Program-made: the position numbers and the translations under genes
The notes under the pieces: generated by a model
Database searches by the model: none
What the model was told of the DNA's origin: nothing
The model's input: only the letters and a program-made list of their open reading frames with translations
Assembly: GCA_044222475.1 (NCBI GenBank)
Contig: JBGANF010000001.1
Coordinates: 128,001 to 192,000 of the forward strand
Source of the DNA: Polyangiaceae bacterium
GTDB lineage: Bacteria > Myxococcota_A > Polyangia > Polyangiales > Polyangiaceae
Reading direction: 5' to 3'
Length of the DNA stretch: 64,000 nt
In this document: positions 12,054-21,127 of the stretch, piece by piece
Layout of the letters: each line of letters begins with the position of its first letter
Numbering within the stretch: the stretch's first letter is position 1

Positions 12054-13259
12054 TCACGATTCAGTCCGCCGCGGTCGCGATCGTCCGCCGAGACCGAACG
12101 TCTCCCGTCGAGCGACGACGTCCGCCCACGGCACCATCGTGATTCCGCGCCCCACCTCGCGGCGTTCTTTTCCCGTGTACACCACCCAGCCGCGCTCGAT
12201 CGACAGATCGACCATGCATTGCCGAAGCCCCGCGAGCCCGCGCGGATCGACGGTGGCACCGAGCTTGATCTCGATCGGGACGACGTGACGACCATCGACG
12301 ACGAGCAGGTCGACCTCCGCCCCCGCCTGCGTTCGCCAGAAATGGAGCTCGGGGCGCACCGTTCGCTCGGCGGCGAGCTGCGCGATCTCTTCGATCACGA
12401 GCCCCTCGAACGATGCGCCACGCTTGGGCCACGCCTCGAGCTCGGCCTCGCTCCGCAGCCCGGCGAGGTGGTGAAGAAGACCCGTGTCGCGAACGTAGAC
12501 CTTCGGGCTCTTCGTCAGCCGCTTCTGCACGTTCGCGAAGTACGGCGTGAGGCGCCGAATCATGAACGTCCACTCCAGCACGCCGAGGTAGTGATCGACC
12601 GTCGGCGACGAGACCGAAAGCGAGCGCGCGAGATCGGACACGTTGAGCAGGCTCCCGTGGACGTGAGTGAGCATCGTCCACAGGATCCGCAGGCGCGGCG
12701 CGGGCAGTCTCAACCCGAGCGAGGGAAGGTCCCGCTCGAGGTAGGTCGCGACGTACGACGATAGCCACTCGAGCCGCTGTCGCGTCGTGCTCGCCGCGAG
12801 CACCGGCGGATAGCCTCCCCAGAACCAGCGATCCTTCGCACGTGGGGAACGATCGAGCTCGGCGGACGAGAAGGGACCGAGCTCCAGCAGACCGACGCGT
12901 CCGGCGAGGGTCTCCGAGGCAGTCTGGAGAAGGGGCGGGCTCGCCGAGCCCGTGAGGACGTAGCGCCCTTTGCCCTTCGTCCGGTCGACGAAATGGCGCA
13001 ACGCCGGGAAGATGCCGGGCAGCCGCTGCGCTTCGTCGATGGCGAGGCCGCGGGGGCGGGACGCGAGGAACCCTTCGAGGTCGCCCGAGAGGAGCGCCCA
13101 GTCGGCCGGGCGCTCGAGGTCGACGTGCTCGAACTTCGGCAAGGCATGCCGAACGAGGGTGCTCTTGCCGCACTGCCGGGGACCGAGCACGAGCACGGCA
13201 GGGAAGCTGCGAAGAAGACGCAAGAGCGCGTCCGCGGCCTGACGAGGGACGAATCTCAC
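12054..13259 (-). CDS. AAA_14 ATPase with DUF4143 domain
   Basis: GPRQCGKS Walker A, IDEAQ Walker B, LTGS, GGYP, KSPKVYVRDTGL, EVDL...PIEIK. Confidence 0.92.
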   Translation of the reverse strand: MRFVPRQAADALLRLLRSFPAVLVLGPRQCGKSTLVRHALPKFEHVDLERPADWALLSGDLEGFLASRPRGLAIDEAQRLPGIFPALRHFVDRTKGKGRYVLTGSASPPLLQTASETLAGRVGLLELGPFSSAELDRSPRAKDRWFWGGYPPVLAASTTRQRLEWLSSYVATYLERDLPSLGLRLPAPRLRILWTMLTHVHGSLLNVSDLARSLSVSSPTVDHYLGVLEWTFMIRRLTPYFANVQKRLTKSPKVYVRDTGLLHHLAGLRSEAELEAWPKRGASFEGLVIEEIAQLAAERTVRPELHFWRTQAGAEVDLLVVDGRHVVPIEIKLGATVDPRGLAGLRQCMVDLSIERGWVVYTGKERREVGRGITMVPWADVVARRETFGLGGRSRPRRTES

Positions 13260-13266
13260 ACCTCGT

Positions 13267-13295
13267 ATTATTGAACATCGACCTTAAATCTACAA
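13267..13295 (-). promoter_or_regulatory. Putative sigma70 promoter, leaderless, for the AAA_14 gene
   Basis: TTGTAG-N17-AATAAT, with the -10 box 7 nt before GTG 13259. Confidence 0.55.
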
Positions 13296-13335
13296 GCCAT
13301 CATGCACCGGCCCGCGCTGGGCTATCCTCGACGCC

Positions 13336-13677
13336 ATGAGCTGCCTGTTCTGCAAGATCGTCGCGAAGGAGATCCCGGCCACCATCGTGCTCGAGAACGA
13401 GCACGCCCTCGCCTTCCGCGACATCCGCCCCGTCGCGCCGACCCACGTGCTCGTGATCCCGAAGAAGCACGTCGTCTCGATCACCGAGGCGACCGACGCC
13501 GATGGTACCATGTTGGGACAACTGCTCCTCCTCGCCCGCGACGTGGCGAAGAAGGAGGGCCTCGACCAGACCGGCTACCGCCTCGTGACGAACAACGGCG
13601 AGAGCGCGGGGCAGAGCGTCTTCCACGTGCACGTGCACGTCCTCGGCGGACGTGGGCTCTCGTGGCCGCCGGGCTGA
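13336..13677 (+). CDS. hinT: Histidine triad (HIT) nucleotide-binding protein
   Basis: CLFCKIV, AFRDIRPVAPTHVLVIPK, GQSVFHVHVHVLGGR. Confidence 0.95.
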   Translation: MSCLFCKIVAKEIPATIVLENEHALAFRDIRPVAPTHVLVIPKKHVVSITEATDADGTMLGQLLLLARDVAKKEGLDQTGYRLVTNNGESAGQSVFHVHVHVLGGRGLSWPPG

Positions 13678-13684
13678 TCCCGAC

Positions 13685-15034
13685 TCAGATCACCGCCCGC
13701 ACGTCCCTCGCCGCGTCTTCTCCGCTCCGGATCGCTCCGTCGATGTAGCCGTTCCAGATCAGCGCCGTCTCGGTGCCGGCCCAGTGGATCTTGCCCACCG
13801 GAGCCCGCAGCGCCGGACCGTACTGCGTCCAGGTGCCCGGACCGAGGAACCCGGCGTAGCAGCCGCGGGTCCACTCTTCGTCGGCCCAGTTGCGGTCCGC
13901 GTAGGACACGTACTTCTCGGCGGCGCGACCGAAGAGCCTCACGAGATCGGCGATGACCTCGGCCTTCCGGTCCTCGGCCCGTCCCCACGACAGGCGTCGC
14001 GCCGCGTTGCCCTCGATGAACCCGAGGAGGATCCACGGGCCCTCCGGCGGCGACGCGTCGAACGTGACGCCGACCGCGCCCTGATCGCTCACCGCGTGAC
14101 CCGAGAGACCTTCCTCCCGCCAGAACGGCCGGTCGTAGGTGACGAGGCACTTGATGCAGCTCCCCTGCGGAAACCGCTGCGTGAGCTGATCGCGCATGGC
14201 CGGCATGATCGGGTCGTACGAGATGCGACCCGCGAGCGTCGGCGGGATGGCGACGATCGCGCGCTTGGCTCGCACCTCGCGATTGCCGTCCGCGATCGCG
14301 AGCACGCCGCTCCCGTCTTGGCGCAGCGTGCGGACCGGCGCCGAGAGCACGATGCGATCACCGAGCTCCTTCGCGAGCCGATCGGCGACGAGGCCCGCTC
14401 CACCGACGAAGCGATCCTGCTGCGCGCCTCCTTCGGCGCCGAGCAGGATGTCGAGGCCCTGACCGCTGCGGATGTAGAAGAGCGCGTGAAGCAGCGAGAG
14501 GTCCTTCGGATCGGCGGCGAACACCGTCTCGAGCCCGATGCGAAAGAGCTCGCGCGCGAGGTGGGTCGGGATGTTTCGCTTCATCCACGTCTCGAGCGTC
14601 TGCCCGTCCCACTCGGCCGCCTTCGGCGCGGTCCACGGCGCTTCGAGCGGGACCTGCTTCGCCATGCGATCGAGCCGCGCCATCGCGATGCCGACGCCCG
14701 CGAGGTGCCACGGCGCGACGCGCGGGATCGTGCCGGTGTAGCGCACGCGCTTGCCGCCCGCGGCGAGCAGGTTCTTCCCCTTCGTCCACGTGCGGAACGT
14801 CTCGACGCCGAGCTCGCGCGCGAGGTCGTAGATGCGATCCTGGGTCGGACCGATCCACTGGCCGCCGATGTCGAGCCAGGTGCCGTTCGGTGAGCGCTCG
14901 GTGTAAACGCGGCCGCCGACGCGATCGCGCGCCTCGAGGACCTTCACCGAGACGCCGGCCTTCACGAGCGCCCGCGCGGCCGACAGCCCCGCGAAGCCAG
15001 CGCCGACGATCACCACATCCACCGTTTCTCTCAT
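13685..15034 (-). CDS. Flavin monoamine oxidase family protein
   Basis: VGAGFAGL, EARDRVGGR, DIGGQWIGP, WAGTETA, GYIDGAIRSGE. Confidence 0.93.
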   Translation of the reverse strand: MRETVDVVIVGAGFAGLSAARALVKAGVSVKVLEARDRVGGRVYTERSPNGTWLDIGGQWIGPTQDRIYDLARELGVETFRTWTKGKNLLAAGGKRVRYTGTIPRVAPWHLAGVGIAMARLDRMAKQVPLEAPWTAPKAAEWDGQTLETWMKRNIPTHLARELFRIGLETVFAADPKDLSLLHALFYIRSGQGLDILLGAEGGAQQDRFVGGAGLVADRLAKELGDRIVLSAPVRTLRQDGSGVLAIADGNREVRAKRAIVAIPPTLAGRISYDPIMPAMRDQLTQRFPQGSCIKCLVTYDRPFWREEGLSGHAVSDQGAVGVTFDASPPEGPWILLGFIEGNAARRLSWGRAEDRKAEVIADLVRLFGRAAEKYVSYADRNWADEEWTRGCYAGFLGPGTWTQYGPALRAPVGKIHWAGTETALIWNGYIDGAIRSGEDAARDVRAVI

Positions 15035-15059
15035 GCGGGCTTCAAATTATCCTCGTCTC

Positions 15060-16271
15060 GTGTGCGACACCATCGTCGTCGTCCGTGACGGCTCCGTCCT
15101 GTTCGCGAAAAACTCCGACCGCGATCCCAACGAGGCGCAAGCGCTCGACTGGCAGCCCGCCCAGCAGCACGCGAGCGGCGCGCGGGTGCGGTGCACGCAC
15201 GTGGAGATCGACCAAGCGCGCGAGACGCGTGCGGTGCTGCTCTCGCGGCCCTTCTGGATGTGGGGCGCGGAGATGGGGGCCAACGACGCGGGAGTGGTCG
15301 CCGGCAACGAAGCCGTGTTCTCGCGCGAGAAGGTGCCCGAGCACGGCGGGTTGACCGGGATGGACATCCTGCGGCTCGCGCTCGAACGAAGCGCCACCGC
15401 GGAGCAGGCGGTCGAGGTGGCGATCGCCATGCACGAGCGCCACGGACAAGGCGGGCGCATGGGCCACGAGGACCACTCGTTCCGCTACTGGTCGAGCTTC
15501 CTCTTCGCCGACGCGCGGAGCGCGTTCGTGCTCGAGACCGCCGGGCGCAAGCTATGGGCGGTCGAGCGGGTGACGGCGGGCGCGCGGTCGATCTCGAACG
15601 GGCTCACCATCGGCGAGCTCGCCGCGCGTCAGTCGGACAAGCTCCGCACCCACTTCGCGCGCGCGGGCGAGAGGCGCGCGTGCACTACCCGGCGCGCGCG
15701 AGCAGCGACGTCCGTCGGGGATCTCATGGCGGCGCTCCGCGACCACGGCGGTGGCGGTGCGCCGTCGTTGCACCCCTCGCCGCGGTGGGAGCTCGCGACC
15801 GGAGCGATGCGTGCACCCTGCATGCATGCGGGCGGGCTCGTCGCGAGCTCGCAATCGGTGGGCTCCTGGGTGTCGGAGCTCGAGCCGAAGGGAGCGCGCC
15901 ACTGGGTCACCGGGACGTCGGCGCCGTGCATGTCGCTGTTCAAGCCGGTGGAGGTCGACGATCCGCTCGATCTGGGCCCATGGCCGAGCGATCGGTACGA
16001 CGGGCGCACGTTGTGGTGGCGCCACGAGAAGCTCCATCGAGTCGCGGCGCGCGATCCGGAGCGGGCGGCGGTCGCGTTCCTGCGAGAGCGTGACGCGGTC
16101 GAGGCGCAGTGGCTCGCGAGGCCGCCGACGCCGCGCGAGGCGTTCGCCGAAGGAGACGTCCTGCTCGAACGCTGGACGCGCGCAGTCGCGAATGGAGTCG
16201 GAGCCGACGTACGGCCGCGGACGGTGAGGCGCCATTGGCAAGCTCGAGACGCGCGGGCGGAACTGCCGTAG
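15060..16271 (+). CDS. Peptidase C69/secernin-like Ntn hydrolase
   Basis: GTG start gives MCDT (N-terminal Cys nucleophile); FAKNSDRDPNEAQ, WMWGAEMGAN, GMDILRLALER. Confidence 0.9.
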   Translation: MCDTIVVVRDGSVLFAKNSDRDPNEAQALDWQPAQQHASGARVRCTHVEIDQARETRAVLLSRPFWMWGAEMGANDAGVVAGNEAVFSREKVPEHGGLTGMDILRLALERSATAEQAVEVAIAMHERHGQGGRMGHEDHSFRYWSSFLFADARSAFVLETAGRKLWAVERVTAGARSISNGLTIGELAARQSDKLRTHFARAGERRACTTRRARAATSVGDLMAALRDHGGGGAPSLHPSPRWELATGAMRAPCMHAGGLVASSQSVGSWVSELEPKGARHWVTGTSAPCMSLFKPVEVDDPLDLGPWPSDRYDGRTLWWRHEKLHRVAARDPERAAVAFLRERDAVEAQWLARPPTPREAFAEGDVLLERWTRAVANGVGADVRPRTVRRHWQARDARAELP

Positions 16272-16373
16272 CCGCTTCCGCTTCCGCTTCCGCTTCCGCT
16301 TCCGCTTCCGCTTCCGCTTCCGCTTCCGCTTCCGCTTCCGCTTCCGCTTCCGAGTCCGAGTCCGAGTCCGTCC
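16272..16373. repeat. Hexamer tandem repeat (CCGCTT)13 followed by (CCGAGT)3
   Basis: Counted directly; starts on the base after the C69 TAG stop. Confidence 0.97.
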
Positions 16374-16430
16374 CGGTTTGGGACGTGTGATGCTTGGGGC
16401 ATCCTCCGGTCGCTGGTGCCTACCCTGCCT

Positions 16431-16592
16431 CGCTCGGCCGTTCGATCGTGCCACGGTGCTCGGCCGGTTCAGGGCTAGGCACCGTCCGCCTTCGGCGGTG
16501 CGCGCAGGAGCGCGCCAGCCTTGAGCCGGCCTGCGCGCCGCGGCGGGCGAACGTGCCTTCGCGCAGGTGCGCCGGGGGCAAGGAGAATGACC
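16431..16592 (+). repeat. Conserved non-coding leader, copy A (inverted partner of 17322-17492)
   Basis: Shared blocks CGCTCGGC, TTCGATCGTGCCA, CCGCCTTCGGCGG, GCGCGCCAGCCTTGA, GGGGCAAGGAGAA before the ATG. Confidence 0.85.
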
Positions 16593-16931
16593 ATGTTGCA
16601 GATTCAATCGTTTGCGTTCGACACCGTCGATCTTTGGCTCCCGTCGTCCGGGAGAGGCTGCCCAGGATCCGGACTTGGGGCGCCAGCTGCGGCGCGCGCA
16701 GCGTCCAGTATCGTCCTCAACTGAACATCGCCGAGGGTCACGGTTTCCCGTGACGGCATGGTGTCACGCCAACGCTTCCGCAGCTCGCGGAGGCCCTCGG
16801 CTCCACGCGCGAAACCGCTGCGGCGCTCTCGAGCTCGCGGCAGCCTGGGCCTTGGACTCACCCAGCGCGACGAACGCATCGCAGATGCTCTCGACTGCAT
16901 CGCAGCAACCTTGCATCGTCTCACGCGCTGA
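16593..16931 (+). pseudogene. Four-helix-bundle protein (TIGR02436/23S rRNA-IVP-like), frameshifted, copy A
   Basis: RBS AAGGAG. Pieces in shifting frames: MLQIQSFAFD.. DPDLGRQLRRA.. ASSIVLN/IAEGHG.. ALGSTRETAAAL.. ELAAAW.. ADALDCIAATLHRLTR*. Confidence 0.8.
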
Positions 16932-16944
16932 AGGTTAGGCCGGC

Positions 16945-16965
16945 GGCCGCGCCGGTCGCGCGGCC
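16945..16965. terminator. GC-rich hairpin between the convergent four-helix-bundle copies
   Basis: GGCCGCGC-cggtc-GCGCGGCC; no clear U-tract. Confidence 0.4.
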
Positions 16966-16975
16966 CCGTTTCCCG

Positions 16976-17321
16976 TCACGCCGCCAACCGGTACAGCGTT
17001 CCGCGATGCGATCGAGCGCCGCGAGGCGATGACGCAGCACCTTGCTCGTCCCGTTCGACGTAGCCCCACGCTGCCGCGCAGCTCGAGCGCCAGAGCACGC
17101 CGGCGTTTCGCGAGTCGAGCTAAACGCCGTACGAAACCGCAGCCTGAGTTGCTGTATCTTGCGCGCGTACGTCCTGAGCCTTCCGCGATGTTGAGGACGA
17201 TGCTGGACGCCGCGCGCCGCAGCTGCCGCCCGAGGTCGGATCCTGCGCCGTGGTTTCCTCGGATCACCGCGGGAGCCAACGACTTCACGGGTTCGAGAGC
17301 AAACGTTTGAACTTTGAGCAT
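16976..17321 (-). pseudogene. Four-helix-bundle protein (TIGR02436/23S rRNA-IVP-like), frameshifted, copy B
   Basis: RBS AAGGAG; MLKVQTFALE..DLGRQLRRAASSIVLNIAEGSGRT..FRTAFSSTRET..LAALDRIA/TLYRLAA*. Confidence 0.82.
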
Positions 17322-17492
17322 GGTGTTCTCCTTGCCCCGCGCACGCGCGCGCGACGGCGTTTTCGCCGCGCCAGCTCGCGGAGGCGGCGTCAAGGCTGGC
17401 GCGCGCGTCGCGCATATCGTTCCGCCGAAGGCGGCGCTTCACGCGCGTCTTGATGCCGCCGAGCAAGCTGGCACGATCGAAAAAGCCGAGCG
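17322..17492 (-). repeat. Conserved non-coding leader, copy B
   Basis: Reverse complement carries the same ordered blocks as 16431-16592. Confidence 0.85.
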
Positions 17493-17561
17493 ACGTGAGC
17501 AATACGCGCCGGAGCGCGACGCGCGAGCGTCATGTCCCATCGTCTGGCTGACCTAGACGCG

Positions 17562-17930
17562 CCGCTTCCGCTTCCGCTTCCGCTTCCGCTTCCGCTTCCG
17601 CTTCCGCTTCCGCTTCCGCTTCCGCCTGGGCGTCATCCGCTCCCGCTTCCGCTTCCGCTTCCGCTTCCGCTTCCGCTTCCGCTCGGAAAAGCCAGCGAGC
17701 ATCCGCTTCCGCTTCCGCTTCCGCGACCGCTTCCGCTTCCGCTTCCGCTTCCGCTTCCGCTTCCGCTTCCGCTTCCGCTTCCGCTTCCGCTTCCGCTTCC
17801 GCTTCCGCTTCCGCTTCCGAGTCCGCTTCCGCTTCCGCTTCCGAGTCCGCTTCCGCTTCCGCTTCCGCTTGCGCTTGCGCTTGCGCTTCCGCTTCCGCTT
17901 CCGCTTCCGCTTCCGCTTCCGCTTCCGCTT
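17562..17930. repeat. Long imperfect hexamer tract (CCGCTT)n, ~370 bp, with CCGAGT/GCGCTT variants and two short insertions
   Basis: Seen directly; ends at the TGA of the 129-aa gene; same strand orientation as the left tract. Confidence 0.97.
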
Positions 17931-18319
17931 CACTGCCGCCGCGGCAACCTCGCCAGCACCACGTCGACCGTCTTCCTCTGCTCCGGCGTCACCGCCAGCG
18001 CCGTGGCCCCCGCCTTCTCACAGAGGAGCGCCAGCACCGCGAGCTCGTTGCGATTCAGCTCCACCGTGCGCTCGACCGAGATCGACGGCACGCGGTAACG
18101 CACCGTCGCCCGCGTGTCGTCGACGACGAGGTCCGTCACCGGGCCGTTCTTGCCGGCGAGGTCGCGCGCGACACTGCGGATCAACCGCGAGCGGCTCTTG
18201 GCCTGGCGCACGACCGGGTCGTGAAAGAGCGCGAACATCCGGTTGCGCGAGAACAGATCGGGGACGAGTGCCATCCCCACCACGAGCGCATCCGCGTCGA
18301 AGCGCGCGTCAGTCGTCAC
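17930..18319 (-). CDS. Hypothetical protein
   Basis: 129-aa ORF overlapping the prfA stop; GC3-biased codons. Confidence 0.65.
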   Translation of the reverse strand: MTTDARFDADALVVGMALVPDLFSRNRMFALFHDPVVRQAKSRSRLIRSVARDLAGKNGPVTDLVVDDTRATVRYRVPSISVERTVELNRNELAVLALLCEKAGATALAVTPEQRKTVDVVLARLPRRQ

Positions 18320-19418
18320 CGCCGTCTCCGTGGACGCTCGGCGCGGCGCCCATGCCAGCGGCGTGCAGCAGCTCCGCCTGCCGATGCGTGCGCAGCGCCG
18401 TGATGAGCTCTTCGATGTCGCCGCCGATGATGCGGTCGAGCTTGTTCAGCGTGAGCTTGATGCGGTGGTCGCTCACGCGGTTCTGCGGGTAGTTGTAGGT
18501 GCGGATCTTCTGGCTGCGCTCACCGGTCGACACCATGCTGCGCCGCGCCGACGCCTCCTCCGCTTCCTTCTTCTCGCGCTCGATGTCGAGGAGGCGCGAC
18601 TTGAGGACCTTGAGCGCCTTGGCCTTGTTCTTCAGCTGCGAGCGCTCGTCCTGGCACTTCACGATGATGCCGCTCGGCTTGTGGAGGATCTGCACCGCGC
18701 TGTTCGTCGTGTTGACGCCCTGGCCGCCGGGGCCGCCGCTCGCGGCGATCGAGAACTCGAGGTCCTTGTCCTCGATCTGGACGTCGACGTCTTCGGCCTC
18801 GGGCAGGACCGCGACGGTCGCGGTGGACGTGTGGATGCGCCCCTGCGTCTCGGTCGCCGGGACGCGCTGCACGCGGTGAACGCCGCCTTCGAAGCGGAGC
18901 TTCGCGTAGACGTCCTTGCCGGTGACGAGCGCGATGACCTCCTTGTAGCCGCCAGTCGCGCTCTCGCTCGTGCTGAGGATCTCGATCTTCCACCCCACAC
19001 GCTCGGCGTACCGCGCGTACATGCGGAAGAGATCGGCGGCGAACAGCGCGGCCTCTTCGCCGCCTTCACCGCTCCGAATCTCGAGGATGGTGTTCTTCTT
19101 GTCGTTCGGATCGCTCGGCAAGAGCAGGAACTGAAGATCGTTCTCGAGCTCGGTGCGCCGCGAGACGAGCTCCGGGATCTCCATCTCGGCGAGCTCGCGG
19201 AGCTCGGGATCGGCCAGGGCCGCCTCGTCCTCGGCGATCTTCTTCGCGACGTCCTTGTACTGCCGGTACTGCAAGACGATGGGCTCGATCTCGCCGCGCT
19301 CCTTGTTGAGCCGCGAGAGCTTGTTCCGATCGCCGAGGACGTCGGGCTGGCAGAGCAGATCGTCGAGCTCGACGTAGCGCTTCGAGAGTTGTTCGAGCCG
19401 ATCCAGCGGTAGCATCAC
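18309..19418 (-). CDS. prfA: Peptide chain release factor 1
   Basis: GGEEAALFA, RVQRVPATE (PxT motif of RF1), GPGGQGVN, IRTYNYPQNRVSDHR. Confidence 0.97.
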   Translation of the reverse strand: MMLPLDRLEQLSKRYVELDDLLCQPDVLGDRNKLSRLNKERGEIEPIVLQYRQYKDVAKKIAEDEAALADPELRELAEMEIPELVSRRTELENDLQFLLLPSDPNDKKNTILEIRSGEGGEEAALFAADLFRMYARYAERVGWKIEILSTSESATGGYKEVIALVTGKDVYAKLRFEGGVHRVQRVPATETQGRIHTSTATVAVLPEAEDVDVQIEDKDLEFSIAASGGPGGQGVNTTNSAVQILHKPSGIIVKCQDERSQLKNKAKALKVLKSRLLDIEREKKEAEEASARRSMVSTGERSQKIRTYNYPQNRVSDHRIKLTLNKLDRIIGGDIEELITALRTHRQAELLHAAGMGAAPSVHGDGGDD

Positions 19419-19422
19419 GCCC

Positions 19423-20622
19423 TCACGCCGCTTCGGCGCGCTCCTCGAGCGTCTCGCGGGCCATCACTGCGGCGTAATCCGGGAGGCGAACCTCGGTCGC
19501 GGAGTCGGGCGCGCCGCCCTTCTCGCGAAGGAGCGTCGTGCGGAGCGAGGCGAGCGCGACCTCGAGCTGATCGTCGTCGGGCTCGATCGTCGTGATCTTC
19601 TGCACGAGGAAGCCGGGCCACAGGAGCGCACGCAGCGGGCCCGTCGTGCAGTAGCGCGCGAACAGGCGCTGGAGCTCGAACGTGAACCCGGCGAGCACGG
19701 GCAGGAACGGAAGCTTGATGAGCAGGAACGCGACGAAGTCGAGCTTGGAGTTGCCGGTGTCGATCCTGGGGAGCACCGCGCCCAGCACCGTGAACATCAG
19801 GATCGACACGAGCACCACCATGACGAGGAACGTCGTCCCGCAGCGCGGGTGGAGCGTCGTCTTCGCGCGCGCGTGCTCCACGTCGAGCGGCTCTTCCGCT
19901 TCGTAGGTGGTGATCGTCTTGTGCTCGGCGCCGTGGTACTGAAACACGCGGCGAATGTCGGGGATTCGGCGGACCAAGAGCAGGTAGCCGAGCACGATCG
20001 AGAGCTTCGCCACGCCGGTGAGCGCCTGGAACCCCGGCGACTGGAGCGCGAGATCCAAGTGAAGGAGCCTCGCCACGCCGGACGCGACGAGCTGCGGCAG
20101 CGCGATCATGAACGCGACCATGATCACGAGCATCGGCGCCATGGATCGCCGACGCTCGGCCGGGAGCTCGGCCGCCGGGCTCACCCTCTTCGGGGCCGAG
20201 GTCTCTTCCTTCTCCTCTTGTTCTTCCTCGTCGTCCGGCTTGGTCGCGAGGACGAACAGCGAGTACCCGAGGCTCGACAGCACGTTCAGGGCGGACGGCG
20301 GCGTGGACCTCTTCTTCGGCGCCTTCTTGGCGTCGGCTTCCTGCGCCTCCTCTTCTTCGAGGTCGGCGACGAGCTGGTCGGACGAAAAGCGCAGGGCCTC
20401 GTTGCCCATGCGCAGCGACTCGACCAGGGAGTACATGCCCCGCATCAGGGGGAGCTTCCAGATGCCCGTGCGCTCATCGGTGGCGCTTCGCTCGCGGACG
20501 ACGAGCGAGCCGTCCTTGCGGCGCACGACGATCGCGAACGACTTGGGCGATCGCATCATCACGCCTTCGAGCACCGCCTGGCCCCCGATGTACGGGCGCG
20601 CGGGTTCTGCGCTATTTTGCAT
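19423..20622 (-). CDS. DUF1385 (YqhQ-like) membrane protein
   Basis: IGGQAVLEGVMMR, FQYHGAEHK, HPRCGTTF, TTIEPDDDQLEVA; usual position between rpmE and prfA. Confidence 0.92.
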   Translation of the reverse strand: MQNSAEPARPYIGGQAVLEGVMMRSPKSFAIVVRRKDGSLVVRERSATDERTGIWKLPLMRGMYSLVESLRMGNEALRFSSDQLVADLEEEEAQEADAKKAPKKRSTPPSALNVLSSLGYSLFVLATKPDDEEEQEEKEETSAPKRVSPAAELPAERRRSMAPMLVIMVAFMIALPQLVASGVARLLHLDLALQSPGFQALTGVAKLSIVLGYLLLVRRIPDIRRVFQYHGAEHKTITTYEAEEPLDVEHARAKTTLHPRCGTTFLVMVVLVSILMFTVLGAVLPRIDTGNSKLDFVAFLLIKLPFLPVLAGFTFELQRLFARYCTTGPLRALLWPGFLVQKITTIEPDDDQLEVALASLRTTLLREKGGAPDSATEVRLPDYAAVMARETLEERAEAA

Positions 20623-20666
20623 GGACTTCGAAGATGCGCCCCGGGACCGCCCAAGGCAAGGGCGGA

Positions 20667-20924
20667 TCAGGCTTCGGGCTTCGGCTCGGGCGCCGCAGGC
20701 GCGGCGGCCGCAGCCGGAGCAGCGGCCTTCTTCTCGTAACGCTTGCGGAAGCGGTCGACGCGGCCCGCGGTGTCCATCAGCTTCTGGGTGCCGGTGTAGA
20801 AGGGGTGGCACTTCGCGCAGACGTCGACCTGCATGTCGCCTTTGGTCGAGCGCGTGACGAACGTGTTTCCGCACGCGCAGTTGACGCGCGACGCGGGGTA
20901 ATTGGGGTGAATGCCTTCCTTCAT
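20667..20924 (-). CDS. rpmE: 50S ribosomal protein L31 (zinc-binding type)
   Basis: MKEGIHPNY...CACGN...[12 protein letters not shown]...[10 protein letters not shown]. Confidence 0.97.
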   Translation of the reverse strand: MKEGIHPNYPASRVNCACGNTFVTRSTKGDMQVDVCAKCHPFYTGTQKLMDTAGRVDRFRKRYEKKAAAPAAAAAPAAPEPKPEA

Positions 20925-21127
20925 GACTCCTGAGCTTTCTCGCATCCTCCGAAGAGGCCGGGGTCGCCAACGCGGCGAGGGGCCAATAGGAGGGGGCCGG
21001 GAACCTAACCGCTGTCCGCCACTCGCGCAAGCACGTGTTTCTTTGCGTTTCTTTTTGTGATTCCGGCCCAAACGGCCCCATAACGCTCCGCGTACCGCCG
21101 GCATCGAACCCGCCAACCGAGGACCGC

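Noticed and set aside
16272..17930. CRISPR array or diversity-generating retroelement
   Set aside because: The repeats are contiguous hexamers without unique spacers, and there are no cas genes. Despite the Avd-like fold, I saw no reverse transcriptase and no TR/VR pair differing only at adenines.
17532..18098. Poly-PL / poly-KR / poly-RF ORFs
   Set aside because: Translations of the CCGCTT tract, which has no stop codons; no RBS or other coding evidence.
17930..18319. prmC expected downstream of prfA
   Set aside because: The 129-aa ORF has no SAM-binding or NPPY motif; prmC is probably elsewhere.
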